Shown here: positions 60,401 to 64,000 of the stretch, in pieces
Numbering within the stretch: the first letter of the stretch is position 1
Layout of the letters: each line of letters opens with the position of its first letter
DNA from: Bugula neritina
Taxonomy: Eukaryota; Animalia; Bryozoa
Reading direction: 5' to 3'
Length of the DNA stretch: 64,000 bases
Assembly (NCBI GenBank): GCA_964035545.1
Contig: OZ037773.1
Location: 5,423,751-5,487,750 of the forward strand
The notes under the pieces: generated by a model
Told to the model about the DNA's origin: nothing
The model's input: the letters and a program-made list of their open reading frames with translations, nothing else
Databases searched by the model: none
Translations under genes and position numbers: made by a program

Positions 60401-63400
60401 GCAACATAAAGATTTAACTCCAGAAAACCACAAGAAACTCATTTTAACCCAATTATAATGTATCTCTACACTATCAACTTGACATTACTGAGTGCAAACA
60501 GTTTGCCAATAAACAATGTACTAAAATGTTTCTAAAAATAGCTTACCTTTATTTACTAACACACTGAGTAAACAGAGAGCTACTTATTGTCTGAACTAGT
60601 TAAAGCTAAAATTAGACATACTATCTTCTGTTTACATAAATACAAGATCTCCAAAACATATTTTCATTTTGTCAATTAAACTCATTTTAGACACAGTGCA
60701 GGAAATACAAGTGACAGGAAATTGTCTTCCCTTACCTCAAGTATGAGTTTTCCAAAGTCTAGTAAATTATATCCTTCAAAATGATACAAAATACTTTGTA
60801 TTTCCTGTATCCTCATAGCGTGTTCGTGAGATCGTTTCAGCTCGTTGATGTTGTGAGCGCAGTTAGTCATACACTGCAGAGCAGACGTTATGGTCCCCCT
60901 ACCTGCACTGTCTTCTGGGAAGTGTTTCAATAGGCTCTACAAACAGCATAACTCAGAATAGACCAGGTAAAACTCAACTAATCCAGAGGGTTGTGCCACT
61001 CAAATTCTCACAAATACAGCTTATACAAAATTCTGCATAACCTGAGGTGACGGAACTTATGTCTCACAGGCTAAGAGGACAGAAATAGAACTTCAACAAT
61101 AAAACCAAAGCGGAGAAAAAGTTGTATATTATTGAAAATACCAATAAACTGGCTACTGGCTTCTTATTAATATTTGCATCAAAGATTTTAAACATGCAAT
61201 AATTTATCTCATTAATATACTATTCACATATTATATTTTAATTTTATTTCTACAAGTAATTCTGCCACATTTTCTTCTAAAGTGACTTTTCATCTATTGA
61301 AATCCAACAAACAACAAGTCTGTCTAATAGAAAAGTGGAAACAGTATTTACCTGCAGAAGGAGATGATACTTAAGTATTCTTTGCACAGGTTTATGTAAA
61401 TAGGATCCAACAGGTAGTCCGTGACCCAAGATAAGTTGTCTCTTTCGATATGCATCATTCACTACCGCCCGCCTTAGTATTCGGCTCAAACATGTTATAG
61501 AACTACAAATCAAAACACACCAAACACATAACGCAATGAGTTTTTAAAATTTAATGTACATAAAAAATAATATGTTAACTCAAACATTTCAGCTAATGGT
61601 TCAAGTAAAGTTAAATAAATAAAATGTTTAAAGCATGGCTAGGCATATTTGCGAAAGTTTATACTCTGTAGTATTGTCAGCCCACAGCAGCCATGTTAGA
61701 TGACGCATAGCGAAATCAACTCAATATTCTAAAATGAGTAAGTGAAATATTTTTTGCAGTTCTAAATTAAAGCTGTTAGTAAAACTCTGTGTGATTGAAA
61801 GATGGGTAGTGAAGCTTTGCAGATTTGAATTCCACAACAGATGCAGAGTTTTTCTTAACAGCAGAAGAAACTTTGTGTACTTTGAGGTACTGAAAATATC
61901 ATTTTTAGTAAATGCTGATAATTTGGGTAGTCACACAAAAACCTATACTGAGAGTAACTGACATGGTATTAATAGCAACTGTAGCAGAACCGAAACTAAC
62001 ACCAACAATTTCCAAAACAAAAACCAAAATACTGATGCTGAGGTCAAACTAAATACCATCCAGAGCTGTCACAGAGTTGCAATATTAGAATAATTATGTT
62101 TATATTATTCTTAGTTTACTGGCTCCAGTGTTTTTATTGGTCGTTACCTAAATGTCAAATCAATTATATTATATACAAAATCGCTACTGTATTAAGCAAC
62201 CAATATCTTATATTTAACCTTTGGCGCAAGTTCAATAAACATTATAATTATCATATATATAAAAATATTTACGAGTTATAATTTAATATTTGAATAATTT
62301 TAGTAATGAAAACTGTTGCCATGGTAACTATATACTAGTATTTATGCTGTTGCTGAACAACAACTTTTTGAAATCTCGAGAGCCATATGATTGCTGACTT
62401 TGTGCTTGCTGACCAAGATGTTAAATCTGACACTTTGCATCATCTTTAATCGATATGTGCAATGCTACTAACGCAGGTTTATAGTCACCATCCCTGTGAG
62501 AACCCCCGGATGGAAGGAGTTTTTTTAAAGTGGACTAAGGACTTATTCATATGTGGCACAGGAGCAATTATGACTGGATGCTCTTCCTAACATCACCAAT
62601 GGCCTTTACTGGGGCTCAAACCCATTGCTTCGTGTTTATTAAGCCAATACTATAACCTCTAGACCACGGCTGCAATACCACTGCAGTTCTCTTTGTGGGT
62701 AAATATTATGTCTCTTCAAAAAGCTCAAACTTAAATTCTAGTTGAACTTTTTTAGTAAAAGGTGCAAAAATACACTTTTCAGGAGCTGCTACTAATTCAC
62801 ATGGCTCCTGCACTCTACTATGGGAAGTTCCTACTTTGACATTTTAAGCATCTCCAAAACCTTTTCCTTGACAATCTAACAAGTTAGAGAAAGAGACGCA
62901 TTCACCACTGCACTAAGTGTTGGCACCAACCAAGCTGGCATAGGAAACACTACAAGTGGTCAGTAAAAACTTTTGTTGATTTGAATAACATTTCGTATCT
63001 TTGATGTTACAAAAAATGCTCTAGCCTATGAAAGTTTCAGATGACAGAAGAGCAACACAACTTTGATAGTCTGAGTAAAACTGCAATAGTCTGAGTAGAG
63101 CTGTGATAGTCTGAGTAGAGCTGTGATAGTCTGAGTAGAATAACAATGTGTAGGAAGCAGGGCTTACTTGGGATAGTTTGTGACATATTCAGCGTAGATC
63201 TGGAAGTCATCTCCCCTGTTGATAAAACACTTGGCTATCTCAACGGGTTCTTCTTCACACTCTTTCAGCTCATTCAGAAATGATCTAAAGTGGCAGCGTT
63301 GTATAAAAATGTGGCCATCAAATGGCAGCATCATTAAAGTAATGAGTTATTTCTCTCATAATCAATTATATTTCGGTATTATCTACCAACAATTTGTCAA

Positions 63401-63751
63401 AATAAAAAAATCAATAAATAAAATTAATTCTGAATTTTGGTTGTTGATTATTTCGTTAGTAGTAGAAGTGAAACCCTTAACAACATATTGCCTAAACTGT
63501 ATCCAAAACATGTGGTGCCAAAAATATAAGCAACGTTTTCAGGATAGCTTTAACCAATATCTCACTGCCACTGTAACCTGGTAAATGTTGGAAGTGTAAT
63601 GAAAGGGTCGTTATGACAACTTAATTCTTACTTCGTACTAGCTACATAAAACTTACTTGTGAAAGTTTAAGATATTCTCTATATTGCTGTATATCTCGGA
63701 TATTTCCTGCTCCGTAATGTGCGGACAACTTTTTGAGAACCCCAGATAACC
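51440..63751 (-). CDS. PLEKHG1: Dbl-family RhoGEF with DH-PH tandem and long disordered C-terminus (PLEKHG1/2/3-like); 5' part lies beyond the window
   Basis: Exons ~63751-63657 (YSNIENILNFH), ~63284-63168 (IAKCF..FQIYAEYVTNYP), ~61502-61352 (LGHGLPVGSYLHKPVQRILKYHLLLQ), ~60936-60736 (AHNINELKRSHEHAMRIQEIQS..LLDFGKLILE), ~60075-59960 and ~59577-59453 (PH domain), ~58896-58811 (ILESYDSKIPEKAKELL), then low-complexity exons to the stop at 51440. The paralog assignment is approximate. Confidence 0.88.
53843..53910. mobile_element. MITE family A partial copy, opposite orientation
   Basis: TAAGTGCAGTAGCAGAGAAACTTCAATAGCCTAAATTCTTC matches the reverse complement of the right end of 32175-32326. 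Confidence 0.5.
58020..58315. repeat. 26-bp internally palindromic minisatellite (~9 copies)
   Basis: Unit TACACTAGTACTATAAGTACTACTAG. Confidence 0.92.
62475..62672 (-). mobile_element. tRNA-derived SINE copy (most complete)
   Basis: Minus strand GCCGTGGTCTAGAGG (A box) ... GGGTTTGAGCCC (B box) ... GGAAGAGCATCCAGTCATAATTGCTCCTGTGCCAC ... CAGGGATGGTGACTATAAAC. Confidence 0.8.
63065..63140. repeat. 20-bp tandem repeat (4 copies)
   Basis: GATAGTCTGAGTAGAGCTGT unit. Confidence 0.85.
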
Positions 63752-63771
63752 CTGTAAACAAGTTTACAACT

Positions 63772-64000
63772 TGTAGTAATAGTAGTAGTAGTAGTAATAC
63801 GTAGGAGTAGTAATACGTAGGAGTAGTAATACGCAGGAGTAGTAATACGCAGGAGTAGTAATACGCTGTAGTAGTAATAGCAGTAGTAGTAATAGCAGTA
63901 GTAGTAATAGCAGTAGTAATAATAGTAGTATTAGTAATAGCAGTAGCAGTAATAGCAGCAGTTGTAATAGCAATATAGTAGCATTAACAGTAGTGGTGGT
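63772..64000. repeat. Low-complexity TAG/TAA/CAG trinucleotide-derived repeat with 18-bp higher-order units
   Basis: AGTAGTAATACG(T/C)AGG and AGTAGTAATAGCAGT units seen directly. Confidence 0.9.

Noticed and set aside
61796-61815. TGAAAGATGGGTAGTGA resembling miR-71
   Set aside because: Two nt are missing next to the seed, there is no complementary star arm, and no adjacent miR-2 cluster.

Overview
AT-rich, intron-rich animal genomic DNA. The H2B N-terminus [20 protein letters not shown] suggests a lophotrochozoan, but the species cannot be determined. Genes in order: 3' MATH-domain exons of a TRAF (+); a MARVEL-domain tetraspan protein (-); PSAT1 (-); a ~7 kb interval with no recognisable CDS that holds a dense cluster of identical c-fos-type CArG/SRF boxes ending in a TATA box; a single replication-dependent histone quartet H3<->H4, H2A<->H2B with stem-loops and no H1; a divergent phosphomannomutase (+); a membrane C-type lectin with a (TTRPPY)n stalk (-); CCDC9 (-); and the 3' part of a PLEKHG1/2/3-type RhoGEF (-). 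Repeats include a tRNA-derived SINE family, a hAT MITE nested in one SINE, a second MITE family, microsatellites and minisatellites. The most notable observations are the orphan CArG-cluster promoter, a perfect 103-bp inverted repeat carrying a minimal Penelope-type hammerhead ribozyme, tandem repeats that copy 5' splice sites, and a 16-bp motif shared by both bidirectional histone promoters. Exon boundaries were read by eye and may be a few nt off.
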